A DNA stretch of 64,000 nucleotides from Camelus dromedarius. Its lineage: Eukaryota. The stretch lies in assembly GCF_036321535.1 (NCBI RefSeq), contig NC_087444.1:70494001-70558000 (forward strand). The letters run 5' to 3'. Under the pieces are notes generated by a model that did not search any database, was not told the origin of the DNA, and saw nothing but the letters and a program-made list of their open reading frames with translations. Positions 49,799-62,586 of the stretch are shown piece by piece (positions within the stretch are counted from its first letter, which is position 1; each line of letters begins with the position of its first letter). Position numbers and translations under genes: made by a program.

Positions 49799-51042
49799 GT
49801 AAGAAAGAGGGCAGGGCGTGGCTTCAGATCCTGGGGAGCGGGGCGCGCCTTCAGGGTCGCAGTTACCACCACGCGCACTGGGAGGACCCCTCGCGAGGGG
49901 AGCGGGCAGGAAAGAGGGAAAGACAATCTCGAAGTGGATGAAGAGAATTTGATTGGATGATAGAAATCACTGTTGTCGGGGATTTTGGAGAATAAGACTC
50001 CAAAAGAAACGTGGGGGGTGGGGCAGATATGGAGACTTTCTTAGGCAGGAGGGGATTAGGAAAGGAAAGGATATGGGGAATAGAGAAGTCGAGAGAGGGG
50101 GAAAGTCTGAAATGCAAGAGGTGGAGGGGGTTATAGAGGAGAAGAAAGAGAATGGAATGGGTTGGAAGGAATTGTGATCACATTGACCATTTGGGGCAGT
50201 GGGTAGGAAACGATCAAACGATGGTGGAGGAGACTACCCCAGGCATGGTGGGTAGTGCGAGTTGGAAGCGACCATTCCTGACAGGAGGAGGAGAGATGAT
50301 ATTGGGGTAGAAGGAGAGATATAAAAGGGAAGATAATCCTGAAGTATGGCGCAAATCATCGCAGAGAATTGGAGATGGGGCAGTGGGGAGGCGCATGGGT
50401 AAAATGGGAGTGAAGCGGCAAGACATAATGGAAGGGCCTATCCCAGACCTGAGAATGGACGGGGGAGAAGGCAGCAAAGGAAGAAACCACTGGCAGGGCC
50501 GGGGGAGGGTTTATTCAAAGCTGAAAGAGATCCGGAGACCCTTAGTCAAAGGAAGAGAGAAGATGGGGCAGGCACAGGGTGGGATGGGAGAATGGAGTCT
50601 GTGACCTGAGGTTAAGGGCAAAGTAGAGTGTAGGAAGGAACCATCCCGACTGGATGGGGTGTGTAAAGAAGAGATGGAAGACTGGGGAGAGCGAAGGTTT
50701 TGAAGGCTTGAAGAGACCATTTCACACAGGCATGGGGGTAGCCAGAGGCTCCTGGAAAAAGACCACTACAGGCGGGATTCTTAGAGGATGGCAGTGAGGT
50801 GGGTGCAGGGGAAGAGACCCTGTCAGGCCAGTACCAGGGCTTGCCAGTGGGAACTGCAAGAGACCACCGAAGTCTGAAAGGGGTGGAGTAGGTTGGAGGC
50901 AGATAAGGGGGTATGACTTTGGGGGGCTGGAGGAGACCACCCTAGACAGCCGCAGGCTGGGGCAGGTGTGATGCTGGGAGACACCTGGAGGTCTGGGATC
51001 AAGGCCAGGGTCCCCGAACCCTCCCTCCTCCCCACCCTGCAG

Positions 51043-51195
51043 AGAGCTACCGGTCAGTGAACACCCACAAGGGATGCATCAAGTCTAGCGCCTGCAGCAC
51101 TGGTTTCCTCTCCATCACTGTGGGCCCTGAGAACTACATGGTGTCCAACACACACTGCTGCCAGAGCGACGGCTGCAACCATGATGCGGTGCCTG
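51043..51195 (+). CDS. PINLYP: PINLYP coding exon 3 (LU domain 1, C-half)
   Basis: 153 bp, (K)SYRSVNTHKGCIKSSACSTGFLSITVGPENYMVSNTHCCQSDGCNHDAVP, with the LU signature CCxxDxCN. Confidence 0.94.
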
Positions 51196-51413
51196 GTAAG
51201 CGCCAGCTCGGCGTCCCTGCCTGCCCGCCCAGTGTGCTGGCCCACCACTGGCCCATGCTAGAACGTTGGGCAAGCATCTTCCTTGCTCTGAGCCTCTGTT
51301 TTCTCACCTGTAAATTGCAGTGTCCACTAGCAACCTGTGTCCCCTGGGGTTGTTATGAATTTGGGAAAGGGTTTAATGTCACTGTGCACCTTACATTCCA
51401 CCCTCCTCTCCAG

Positions 51414-51557
51414 CTCCCCAGAACAATCGTACTGAGAACGGCCTCCAGTGCCCTACCTGCATCGCACCCTTCAAGGAAACATGCTCCTCGACTAAGGAAG
51501 TCCTTTGCGTTGGCCAGGAAACCCACTGCGTCGCCTTTGTTGGCAAAGTGCAGGCTG
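51414..51557 (+). CDS. PINLYP: PINLYP coding exon 4 (LU domain 2)
   Basis: 144 bp, (A)PQNNRTENGLQCPTCIAPFKETCSSTKEVLCVGQETHCVAFVGKVQA; NRT sequon. Confidence 0.93.
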
Positions 51558-51745
51558 GTGAGGGGCACCTGGCTTTCTGGAGGAGGGGATGGGGGCCCCA
51601 GAACTGAAGGTCCATACTTCCAGATTCAAGGGGAGTTAGTGGCTCCAGAGAACTGGGTGAGGAGGTGGTAGGGGCATGACCCCCAGGTCATGAGGATGGA
51701 GGGATTGGATGAAGACCCTGACTCCAGTCTGAAATCCCCTCCCAG

Positions 51746-51891
51746 GTATCAAGTTTGCTACTCAGGGCTGTGCTACAAAGAATACCTGCCACACCAAGCC
51801 TGGGACCCTGGTGCCCTCAGCCTCCCACACCTATGTCATCAGCCAAGTCAATTGCCTCCCAGGCCCCCAGCCTTCTGGCAAGGCTAAGTGA
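51746..51891 (+). CDS. PINLYP: PINLYP last coding exon
   Basis: (G)IKFATQGCATKNTCHTKPGTLVPSASHTYVISQVNCLPGPQPSGKAK*; 209 aa in total; ATTAAA at 51959-51964. Confidence 0.9.
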
Positions 51892-54800
51892 AGAACTGGG
51901 GCATCTGTGGCATTTGATCTCCATTCGTCCTCATCTACAGCTTCCCATGTGCCTATAAATTAAACAGTTTAACCAAGCACGTCTGAGTCCTTGTGATGTG
52001 ATGCATCTCAGGGAGGTGAGATGCCAAAAGCAGGGGTCTCAACCCTTGGGAACCCTCTTTCTGGAAGGAAGATCCTACCTTTTATTAAGGGATTACTCCC
52101 TGCCAGTCCCCTGTCCTAAGTGTTTTTCATGCTGTACTTCATTTCATAATCCCAACAAACGCTGTAGTTGAAAATATTATTCCCATTTTACAGATGAACA
52201 AACTGAGATGCAGATTGCAGTGTCACTTGCCTTGCGTCAAACAGCTAGGGAGGGTCAGACTCCAGAGTCCATGATCACCTCTCTTGATTAACCTCTCCCT
52301 CTTTTTGCCTCAGTTTTCATGTCTGCAAAATGTGGATATTAATAGTTACAATCTCATAGTGGCTGTCTTGAGTCAAATGAAAGAAAACTACAAAGCACTC
52401 AGTGCAGTGCCTAGCACCTTTAAGACAATGTTGGTTCTAGAGACAACGTGTCTGAGCAAATAGTAATCATCGTAATAGCTGCCACTTCGTGCGTGGCCAT
52501 TCATTGGCAGGTGCTCCACCTTGGCATCAATCAGGGCAGACTGGATTATGCTACAGTAACAAACAAGTCCCTAATCTCAGTGCTTTAAAACCACAAAGTT
52601 GTATTAGTCAATTTGTCCTGCAGTACTGCTGTGTAACAAACTGTCCCTAAACTGAGACTTGTAACAACAAGCATCCTTTTTTCTAATGGTTTGTAGGGGC
52701 TCTGCTTCTGACTGTACATTGGTGGCAGTCTGGGAGGGGGATTCAAGTCCTTCTTCATGGGGTTCCACGGTCTTCTGGGATCAGTGGCTCCCTGGCTAAT
52801 GTTCTTCTCATGGTCAATCACAGGGGAACAAAAACCAAGTGCACCAAAGGCCCCCACCAAGGTTGAGCATATGGTCAAAGCCAACATCAGTGGAGCAGGG
52901 AAGTGTACTCATCCTCCAGTGGGAGGGAGAAGAGTGGTATTTGCTGAAGAAGCACCCATTCCCAAAAAGTTGATTCACCCTTCACCATCCACATCTAGCA
53001 CCATCCACAGGGCATTCTGCTCATCATAATCATAGAACAGCCACCAGCTTGAACAATGCCCGATTTCTGTGCACAGGAGAGAGCCCAGGAAAGTTTCACA
53101 TCGGTGATTAGATGCTGTGACTTGGAAGTGACTTGACACAATTCACTGGATGGAGCTAGTCACAGGGCCCTGCCAAGCCCCACGGGGAAGGGGGAAGGAA
53201 GTGCAGTGTGGCTCCTAATCACCACCCCCACTGCCAGACACATTTCACAAATGAATGGCAACCATGACCTCTTAGAGGCCGTTTCTCATTTTATCTTCAC
53301 AACTGCTCCATATGATAGGTGCTATTACTCTCCTTGTTTTCAGGAGAGGAATCTAAAGCTCAGCGAAGGAACATCACATTGGAGGTCACACAGCTAAAAA
53401 GCGGCAGATTTTAAGATGTTAATCATTGGGTCACGTCGAGGGAGAGACCACATCAGTGAGAGAGGGAACAAGCCTGTATCAGTTATCTCTTGCTACATAA
53501 CAAACCACTCCAAATTTCAGTTGCTTAGAGTAATTGCCTTTTATTTAGCTCATTTGGTGGGTTGGCAATTTGGTCTGGATCAGCTAGGTGGTTCTTCTAC
53601 TGATCTCTGCTGGGCTCAGCTGCCAGTCAGCTGGGCAGCTCTGTTTCACACGGTTGACACTGGCTGGAGTGTCAAGGCTGACTGAGCCACATGTCTCTTA
53701 TCACCCAGCAGGTTAGCCTGGACTTCTTGATGTGGTAGTAGTGGTGGCAAGGGTCCCCAGGACAGCAAGAGAGGAAGGAACTTTTCAAGCCTCTGCTTGT
53801 ATCATGTTTGCTATTGTTTCAGGGGCCACGCAGATCACGTGGCCAGGTCTAGTGTCAAGACGAGAAGGGACTATCCAAGGGTGTGGCTACAAAGAAGCTG
53901 AACACATTGGGGGTATGAATGGGCCACGCTGGTTCCTGGCAAAGATGCCTTACCATCACAGCCCCCAAGGTCTAAATAATTACTAGTCCACCCCACCTCC
54001 TTCAGGATGGCAAAACTCAGATAAAGTCTCTTGATTCTGGCCCAAGGGATTCTATCCTGCACAGACCACCCCACTTTTGTATCTCCTCTCCAGGGACCCA
54101 ACCTTGGACCCCTCCTTCCTCAGACCCAGGAGTCTAGGCTCCTAGCTCATCAAAATCCCAAGCATCTTTTTCCCCCTTCCAACTCCCAAAGGACAGACAC
54201 ACAATGGGTTTCAACTTATTTTTATTCACTCCTTCAAAAAGCACCACAGGCCAACCCACCCTTGATACGCCCACCCTTCAAGGCTCCCCATCCCCATGGA
54301 CACTGTGGACACAAGCCTCTCCATCATCATCCAGACAAGTATGAACCACAGCTCAAGTGACGAGTCTTTTGTGCCTATCCTGCTTCTGGCGATGGCAACA
54401 CCAAGATTCATTGTACCTTACCTTGAATTTCTGCATTCAAGGGTCTTCCAGCCTGGAAGTGCCATGTAGACACACCTGGATGGCAGCCAGTGATCCACCC
54501 ACAAGGGAGTCTCAGTCTTTTTTGCTTGGATGCTCCTAAAGACAGATGCCTCACTAGCAACTTGCTGCCTTTGCAGAGCCTAAAATTCAATCCCTTCAAA
54601 AGTATAATTGAAAAGGCAATCACTCCAAGAGATAGCCATGACACCCAGGAGTGCCCATATACAACTACCTAAACACAATCAGCACGCTCCACCATGGACA
54701 GCGACACAACAACAAACCTGGGTCTTGATCTCAGGCATGATTTGCATTGGCCAGGGGGCAAAGGGAATTTGTAAAAGGGGAGCGTTGGGCAGAGATGTCA

Positions 54801-55139
54801 GACAGGACCAAGTCAGAGATGGTGCCAAAGTGGCAGAAAAAGAGGAGGGCACTCTGAGCAAAGGCATGAGAGTGAGACAGATGCTCAGACTAGGGTCGTC
54901 TTCATGCTGCCTGGGCTGAGGTTGTGTGTGCAAGGACAGCAAGACTAACGTTTGAGCTCCCAGTGTGCCAGGCTTCTCAGCAGCGGCTTCAAGTACATTG
55001 ATATGCATGAGAGAGAAGGTATGTATGTACGTACATACACTGAATTCTCACAATAGCCCTGTGAGGTAGATGCCATGTGCTGAGTGACTTGCCCAAGGTC
55101 ACCCCTAGAGTCAGTAGAAGGGCTGTCTGACCCTAGATC

Positions 55140-55628
55140 AATCCGAATAGAATTTCCTGTAATAATGGAAGTGCTGTAGGGCTGCGCTGTCCAATACTGG
55201 AGCCACTCACCACGTATGGCTGGTGCAACTGGGAAACCAAAGCTTACATTTTACTTACTTCTAATTAATTTAAAAATGGCTACTCAGCTCAGTTATTGGA
55301 AAACCATTCAAAATGATTGCGATGACTTGGGTATACAAATCAACTTCTTCACATAGGAGTTTTATGAAACCTAAATACGGGTCAAGAATTTCTGATGAGA
55401 ATTCATTGTCTGAATTGAGATGTGCTGCGAGAAATACACACCAGATTTCAGAGACTTGGCATGAGAAGAATGTAAAATATCTCATCAGTACTTTTCTATA
55501 CAGATTCCATGTTGAAATGGTAATATTTTGGATATCCTGGGTAAAGGGAAACATATTAGAATTAGTTTCATCTGTTTCCTTTTCCCTTTTTAATGTGGCT
55601 CACATTTTATTTCTACTAGACAGCACTG
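55140..55628. mobile_element. MER3/MER33-like hAT-Charlie element
   Basis: gcgctgtccaata… and …ctagacagcactg ends typical of Charlie MITEs. Confidence 0.55.
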
Positions 55629-58133
55629 CTCCACACCTCTCCGCTCCTGCACGTGGCGGGTGGGCTTGATGGGAGAGGCTTGAATGTGGACCAAGGAGAG
55701 GCGTAGACAGCGTTGTAGTGGGTATCACAGATACAGATGAGTAACGTTCTCCTAAGGCTGAAGAGAGCTTTGAGGACAATGCCTGGAGCCCTTCAATATT
55801 GAGCTAAATGCTTTTTCCCATCTTGGCTGTCTCAACTTTAATGGGACAGATTGTGCCAGTGGCGGGAGTTCAAGGTGGACATGGGGGGAATCATCCCTCA
55901 AGCACCCGTCCCTCAGGTTGGTTACCCTTGTCTTCAGCTGTCAAAGGAAATAGGATCCCAGGAGTATTTCTGGTCGTCGTCCAGCCCTTTCATGTCACAG
56001 ATGGGAAGATAAGGCACTGGCCCAGGTCACCCAGATAGACAGTGGCAAAGCTGTGCTTGCTTCCCAGGCCCCTTCACCTGACAGGGGCTTTCTCTCGCAT
56101 GATACGCCTTTTCTCCCCTATCTCACTCCTTTCCTGTATTGTGACCAGAGGCCCAACAATCTAAATTCCAGCCCTAGTTCTGCCACTGATTAATGAAATA
56201 AAATAAATATTTATTAAGCACCGTCTGTGTGTCAAAGCACTATCCTAGGTACTAGGGATACAGCATAGAACAAGACAGGCATGGGGATAATAGCCAATAA
56301 ACAGGTAAATAAATAAGGAGCTTTTCTATGGGAATAATTGCTACAAGGAAAATTAACCGGCTGAGATGAATAACTGAATACTGGGGGTGGGGGTGTGAGC
56401 TACTTTAGTTAACAGTGGTCAGGGAAGGCCTCTCTGAGGGGACATCTGAGCTGAGACCCGATTGACAAGAAGGAGCTAGTCATGGGAAGATCTGGGGGCA
56501 GAGCATTCTGGGCAGAAGTAACAGAAAGTGCTGAAGTCCTGAGGCAGGACCCCGGTGGCCCGCTCAAGCATCAGACAGAAGATCTATCAGGTTGGTTGGG
56601 GATGGGATGGGGCAGGGAATGAGAACAGGCAGGGGCCTTGCTGTGGGCTGTTGAGCCTCGAGCTTGCCCACTCTGGGCTTTGCCTTCCCATCTAACATAA
56701 CAGATTCTACTGGATGGCCTGTCAGGTCCCCCTTTTCTATTTTTGACATTGAAGAATTCTGTGGCTTCTCCTCTACATGTAGCTGGCAGCCTAGAACATT
56801 CCAGGCACTGTGCTTTCTGCCTTTGCCTCACTGTAGCACTTTCCCATGGTCTGGAACACCTGCCCAGTGGTTCTGTGGGTCCCCTGCTCCCTGCAGTGTT
56901 CTCTGTGTACACCAGAAGGCAGCATTCTCTGTGTCCCTCTCGGGGATCTCTGAGGTAGCCAACACAGAAATGTTTGGACTAGTGCAGCAGTACAGCTGCT
57001 TTTCCAAAAAGGCAGGTGTACAAAATACCAAGGCCAGAAAGGGTTAAGGTTTAATGACAGAAGAAACCAAGACCCCTAAAGAAGAGAGGGATAGGGGAAC
57101 AGACTCCCCAGAAAGCTCCATAATCGCTCAGCACCTGTAAAATAGGGGCAGTCATATCCCTTCCCAGGCAAACTCAGAGAAAGGCAGTTGCCAGAACCCA
57201 GATCCATTAGGGATTTGTGGACAACATCTCTGAGGCACGAGTTTCTGCCTTTCCACACCCAGAAGGCCTCATTCCTAATCTCTGCTACCCTCAGAGCCAC
57301 CATGTCCGGACCCCTTGCTTCCTCCTCTTATTTTTGTGGTACCATCCTCCCCAGAGGAAGGGAAAGAATTTTGAGTCCCCAGGTCCCCTGAGGAACAAAC
57401 AGTAGACACCCCTCAATTCCCCAAGAGGGACCAAAGGGTCCCCAGCTCTCTCACACAGCCCACCCGTTCCCTCCTCCCACCACCCAGGAATTAGGAACCA
57501 AGGTCCCAGCCTTCTTGGGAGCCATAAGTCTGAGACCCCAGAGACCCTTCTTCCCCCCAGTAAAGTTTCAAAGCTCACTGCCTCTTGAGGAACTGGGAGG
57601 CTGCATGCAGGCCTAGCCACACCCAGGAAACCTAGACCTTATATCCCTTTGTGGTTCAGAAGTCCAAGATACCAGCTCCCCGGGGAACCCAGACACCCCC
57701 CCCCCCCATGCTGCAATCACCCTTCATCAAGAATCAGGGTTTCTACCCCCTCTCCCCCTGGAGGACTAGACATCTAATAGATCAGTGTTCACTCCCTCGG
57801 AGACCAAGATATGCCCCCTTCTAGGAGTCCACATCCTGTGGCTCCCAGAGAAATCAGGAGTCCTGTCCCCCAAACTCTATTCCCCTTCAGGACCTAGGAA
57901 TCCTGGTGACTAGATGTCACACATCTCAACCGGTAGTCAGAGCCCTCATCCCCTTCAAGCACCCAGGATTCCGAGAGGCGGCCCCCTGCTCTGTTATCTC
58001 ACAGGCCCAGACATCCCATGCTAGAGTCTGGACCACCCCCATGCCCTCTCCCTCCAACCGGGACTTGGAGTCCGCAGCCGCTGACAGAGTCGGGCAGCCG
58101 GGACCCGGGGCACCCCGGTCCTCAGCCCACCTC

Positions 58134-59469
58134 TCACTGCGCGGGCACCTGCGGTGCCAGCACTGCCTCGGCGTCGGCCCGCATCTCGTCGAGCGCCTGC
58201 AGCAGGACGCCGTGCGACGCGCGGTAGCCCAGGCCGCCGGTGGCCGCCGCGCCGCCCGCGGGCCACAGGAAGGAGAGCGCGCCCAGGGCCGCGCCCCCGG
58301 CGGTGCCCTCGCCCGCCCACGAGCCCAGCCTCGCCTCGACTTCGGCGCGCGTCACCGGACCCGGGAAGCGCGTCCGCTCGGCCAGCACCCCTGGCGCCAG
58401 ACCTAGCGCGCGCTCGCGTCGTGCCAGCGCCGCGGGTTCCAGCCCCAGCGCCCGCCGCCACTCCGCCAGCTGACCGCGCAGGAGCGCCACGTCGCACGCC
58501 CAGCCCAGCCCTGGTACTGGAGCTGCCGCCGCCGCCAGGCTCGCCAGCAGGGCCGGCCGCCACGCCCCGGCCCGCAGCGCCGCAGCCTTGGTTCGGGCTG
58601 CGCGGGGAGACGCGGGTGGCAGCGCCAGCAGCAGCGCTCCTGCCTGGGCCGGGGGCAGCGCGCGCCGCAGCCACTCGCACAGCCCCGGGAGTCCGCCCGG
58701 CCGCAGCGGGAACACCGGCGGCGGCGCCTCCTCCAGCACCTCCCACGTCTCGTCCTCCGGGCTCAAGGCGGCCGCGCGCTCTGAGTCCCCGCTGCCTGAT
58801 CTCTTCACGCCCATGCCAACCGGCTGCAAACTCTCGCTGCCTGCTTCCTCTGAACCTACCCCGCCGCCTGCTTTCTGCGATCTGGGGCCACGTTTCTCCA
58901 TTTCCTCACTGCGTGCGTTCTCAACACCCCCTCCGCCGGCGTTTTCTAAGCTCTCGCCGCTGGGCTTCTCCGCTGTTTCCTCTTCTTCCAGAGCCTCCGG
59001 ATCCTCGCCCTCGCCGTCTGTTCGCACGCAGACCAGCGGCGCATCTGGTAGCACCAAGGGCCGGACCCGGGCCCAGTCCTTCTCAGTGGGGGCCCCAGGG
59101 GTGACGAGGATGAGAGCGTCATAGTGGGTTGGGTGGGGGGTGGCAGCAGTGCCCTCGGAGCCCAGAGGCACGGTCCAGAGCACCACGTTGGGGCGCTCTG
59201 GGGCCGGGTAGGGCGTGGGCCCCTCGGGCGCCGACGCAGGCACCGCACTTGGGTCTTCAGGATCTAACCCGAGTAGCAAGTCCAGCACAAGGTCCATGTC
59301 AGCCCTACCCGCCACGGCCAGGTCCAGGCGCGCGCTGCCCAGTCGCTCCAGGCCGGCGCGAACCCACGACAGCGCCGCCTCCAGGCCACCGGTCTCGAAG
59401 GCCTCGCGCACAGCCTCCAACTCTGCAGCGCCCAGGACCTCAAAGCCATCCTGAGCGGGTGGCAGGAGC
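58134..59469 (-). CDS. IRGQ: IRGQ (immunity-related GTPase Q) last coding exon
   Basis: Acceptor CCCCGCAG at 59470; 1336 bp, LLPPAQDGFEVLGAAELEAVREAFETGG...DEMRADAEAVLAPQVPAQ*. Confidence 0.96.
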
Positions 59470-60610
59470 CTGCGGGGACAGGGAGGGATGGGATCAAGAG
59501 CAGAAGAGGGACTAAGTGGTGGGAAGCTGGGCTAGGGGGACAGGATTGGGTTATGAAAAGGGCGGCTCTTTCCGAATAAGCAGGAAAGGGAGGGGCCAGA
59601 CTAATGCCACAGAAAATAGAAACCAGGGACATGAAGAAAAGGGCTTAAAGCAGGGACAGGATGGCTAGATTGAAATCAGGTTTCCAACAGAACCTAAAAT
59701 GGAGACCCGACAAAGTCTTTCCCGGGCTCACACTCTTTGGGAGCTGGGCTTTCCGAGGGACCTGCTGGATTAAGAAAAGGCTGTACTGGGCGGGGCGAAA
59801 CTCAGAGTGGGGCTTGGAGCAAAGGCAGAATTGCGACTGTATTGTGGACTAAACGAAAACTGGGCCCTATTCAACAAGGTCAAGGTCACCAAGGGCACTC
59901 TTTTCTGAGTAAGGAGTGGGGTAAAGACCAGTGAAGGGAAAAGCCTCATCTGCTAGTTCTCACCAAGAGGGAGGAGAGGCTGCCCTTCCCTGAGCTTCGT
60001 TTTGATGTCTATAAAACGAGGCCGCTCGGCGTTGGGGGAGAAAATTCAGCAAGTGGGCACAGAGATGAGAGGGGATTAGAGAAAGGAAGTGGGGGAGGGC
60101 ACCCAGAAACAACAAAGCTGCTGAGGATGTGGCTTTCTGGAGACTGGGGTCGCTTGAGAGCCAAGCTGATGGCGGGGAGGAGGGTGAAGACGGGACAGAG
60201 TGAGAGCTCCTTCACAGTTTTGCCTGGGGGAAGTATTTGGGCGCGAGGTCCCGGCCTCTCTCAGAATTCTCGCGAGGAAGCGCGGCTTGCGACCTCAGAG
60301 CACTCGCAGGAGGCAGAACCTGGATGACAGGTCGGGACTTCTAGCTGATCCTTGGCTGGGGCCTAGATGACAAAAAAGAGTCAAGCACCGAGCACTAGCT
60401 TGGGGTGGAGCCTCGCGGACCTCAAAACCTGAGCTGAGGGGTGGGGCCTGGATGAGGGAGCAGGGCTTCTAGCAGATATCCCGTTAGGGCAGGCCCCAAA
60501 CTCGCTGGGGGCGGGGTCTCACGGACCTCAAAGAGCACCCTCAGGGATGGGAGGTACAGACTAAATAAAGCTCCAGGCCTCTTAAGACCACCCTGAAACG
60601 CCGCGCTCAC

Positions 60611-61140
60611 CTCTGCAGCGCCTCCGCCTGGCTCCGCAGCGCCGCCCGCAGGCGCTCCAGCTCCTCGCAGCCGTCGCTGCTGCGGCAGTCTGTCGGTACC
60701 ACGAAGAGAGCCGCGGCTCCCAACCCGGCGCTGTCCAGCAGGGCCGCTGTCTGATTCCGGGCCTGAGCTTCATTCTGTGAATCCCCAGGACGGAGGTTCC
60801 GCACAGCCAGCAGCGGGGTCCCTCGGGCTAGGGCGGCCCGTGCTGCCTCCCCCAGCTCTGGAGCCAAGGGCTCCCCATTCCCCTCCGGTCCGGGCAGCAC
60901 CAGTACCAGCACGTTGGCCTCCGCTGCCCAGGGCCCCGGCGCTGCGGGTGGACAGCTCAGCTCGCCCAGGAAGAGGCCAGGGCCCGCAGCTCTCAAGCTG
61001 GGGAGCCCGGAATCCGGCCGTCCGTCGGGGATCTCTACCGTCTCCACATCCTTGTCGCACAGCGCTGCGATCAGCGCAGACTTTCCTGAGCCCGGAGGCC
61101 CGAGGAACAAGACCGTCACGTCACCCCGCGGCGCAGGCAT
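60611..61140 (-). CDS. IRGQ: IRGQ first coding exon
   Basis: MPAPRGDVTVLFLGPPGSGKSALIAAL...; 530 bp; donor AG|GTGAGC; acceptor 2 nt upstream of the ATG (61143-61144); 621 aa in total. Confidence 0.96.
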
Positions 61141-61229
61141 AGCTGTAAAGCAAGGAGAGAGAAGATCCCAGTCAGGGAACACCAGCCTTCTTCTTTTCTA
61201 GCAGCCCGACTCTGGTCTCAGACTTCAGC

Positions 61230-62100
61230 TTTTCACCTTGTCCCTTCTTTCGTTCTCGGGTATCACTCCCAAGCACCTAGAAATCTGCCGCCCAGGCCCT
61301 ATTCCCCAGGGACCCTGGAATCGTGTTTGCCCTCTTTCAGGGCATTTCCCTTTCCGCTTCAAAAACTGAGAAATCGGCCTCCAGCCCCTTCCTCCCTCAG
61401 GGACACAGATGTTTTTAATCCTTCACTCCTCCCTTCCAAATCACCAACCGAGCAGACAGCCGGCACACGGGAGAGCGCAGTCAGCAGCCGATCAGCCGAT
61501 GAGAAGCCCCGCCCCTGGGGTCTGAGGACGGAGGCCGAAGAGGTTAGAAAGCCGTGATTTGGGGACGCCCAGACGCTTTCCGGGGGCTCTAACCTTACGT
61601 CATTCTTTTTAGGAGGGGGGTGTGACTTGGAAGCGTGACCTCGGGGACATGGCCCTTTACGGCGCCTGCGCAGAACGGCCGAAGGGCGCTCGCTGTACGG
61701 GGCCTTAAACAATGAAGGAGCCACAGCGCGTGCGCGCCAGGAGCACCTACCACACTTGCGCAAAACGCTTAGGTCTGTACGGCACGGGTGGCTTGCAACG
61801 TCATCATTACGCACCCCAGTGCAGAGAAGGACCCATCCCGTTATTTTTGAGGGCCGGGCTGGCGCTACTTCATCACCGCCGGATGGCATTACGGGATCTC
61901 CGCTTCAAAAGTCTCATCAGGCGGAAGGCCTTGGAAACCACCTGAGACTCGGTGGGCCCTACCTCGCTTCCCTTCGGGTGACGGCGCTGAGACGAGCGAC
62001 TGACAGGCGCAACGAAAGGCAGTCCCCTGCTGTCCAGAGAAAAGCGGAGGCCTGAGCCACCCGCCTTGGCAGGGAGCCGAGGGCAATGCCTGGGGCAGCG
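61230..62100. promoter_or_regulatory. IRGQ/ZNF576 bidirectional CpG-island promoter
   Basis: CpG-rich interval between divergent genes; CRE-like TTACGTCA at 61595-61602; palindromic C/EBP-type TTGCGCAA at 61756-61763; GC box near 61508. Confidence 0.7.
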
Positions 62101-62586
62101 GGATACACCGGCTGAAAGCGCGCGTGGGAAGCGGGAGCTTTGGGTGGAACAGGAGTTTCGGGATGTCAAAGGAAGATGTCTCCTGGGAAGAGGCAGGCTA
62201 AAGCGTGGGTACCACTACCTGCCTCAAGACACGTGGGAGAAAAGGGGATGAGGCTGTGTCAAAGATGAAGAGTCCCGCGCTCGGAGTTCAGGGAGTTTAA
62301 TGAAGGAAGCATAGGTCAGAGGTCTCACGCAAGTAAGAAGACTCTAAGGGGAGCCACAAACCCGGGGAGTCTAATCTTTCGGGAGGATTGAATCTCCTCT
62401 AGTGAGCACTCTTATCAGGTTAAAATCCAAGGAGATGGTATCATGGGGGTCAAAGGCTGGCAAGGAGAGCCAGTCAAAGGTCATAAGATTAGTGGGCCCT
62501 CTAAAGCCGGCTGCGATGAGCAACTTCAGTTGATTTACTATTATGTCCTGCGTGCTCTTCTCTTGACCAGAGGTGTCCCAGTCACC

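Noticed and set aside
58021-59248. Long Arg/Ala/Pro-rich ORFs (for example 58154-59104 +, 58021-58746 -)
   Set aside because: Antisense and alternate-frame shadows of the very GC-rich IRGQ exon, with low-complexity composition and no domain pattern.
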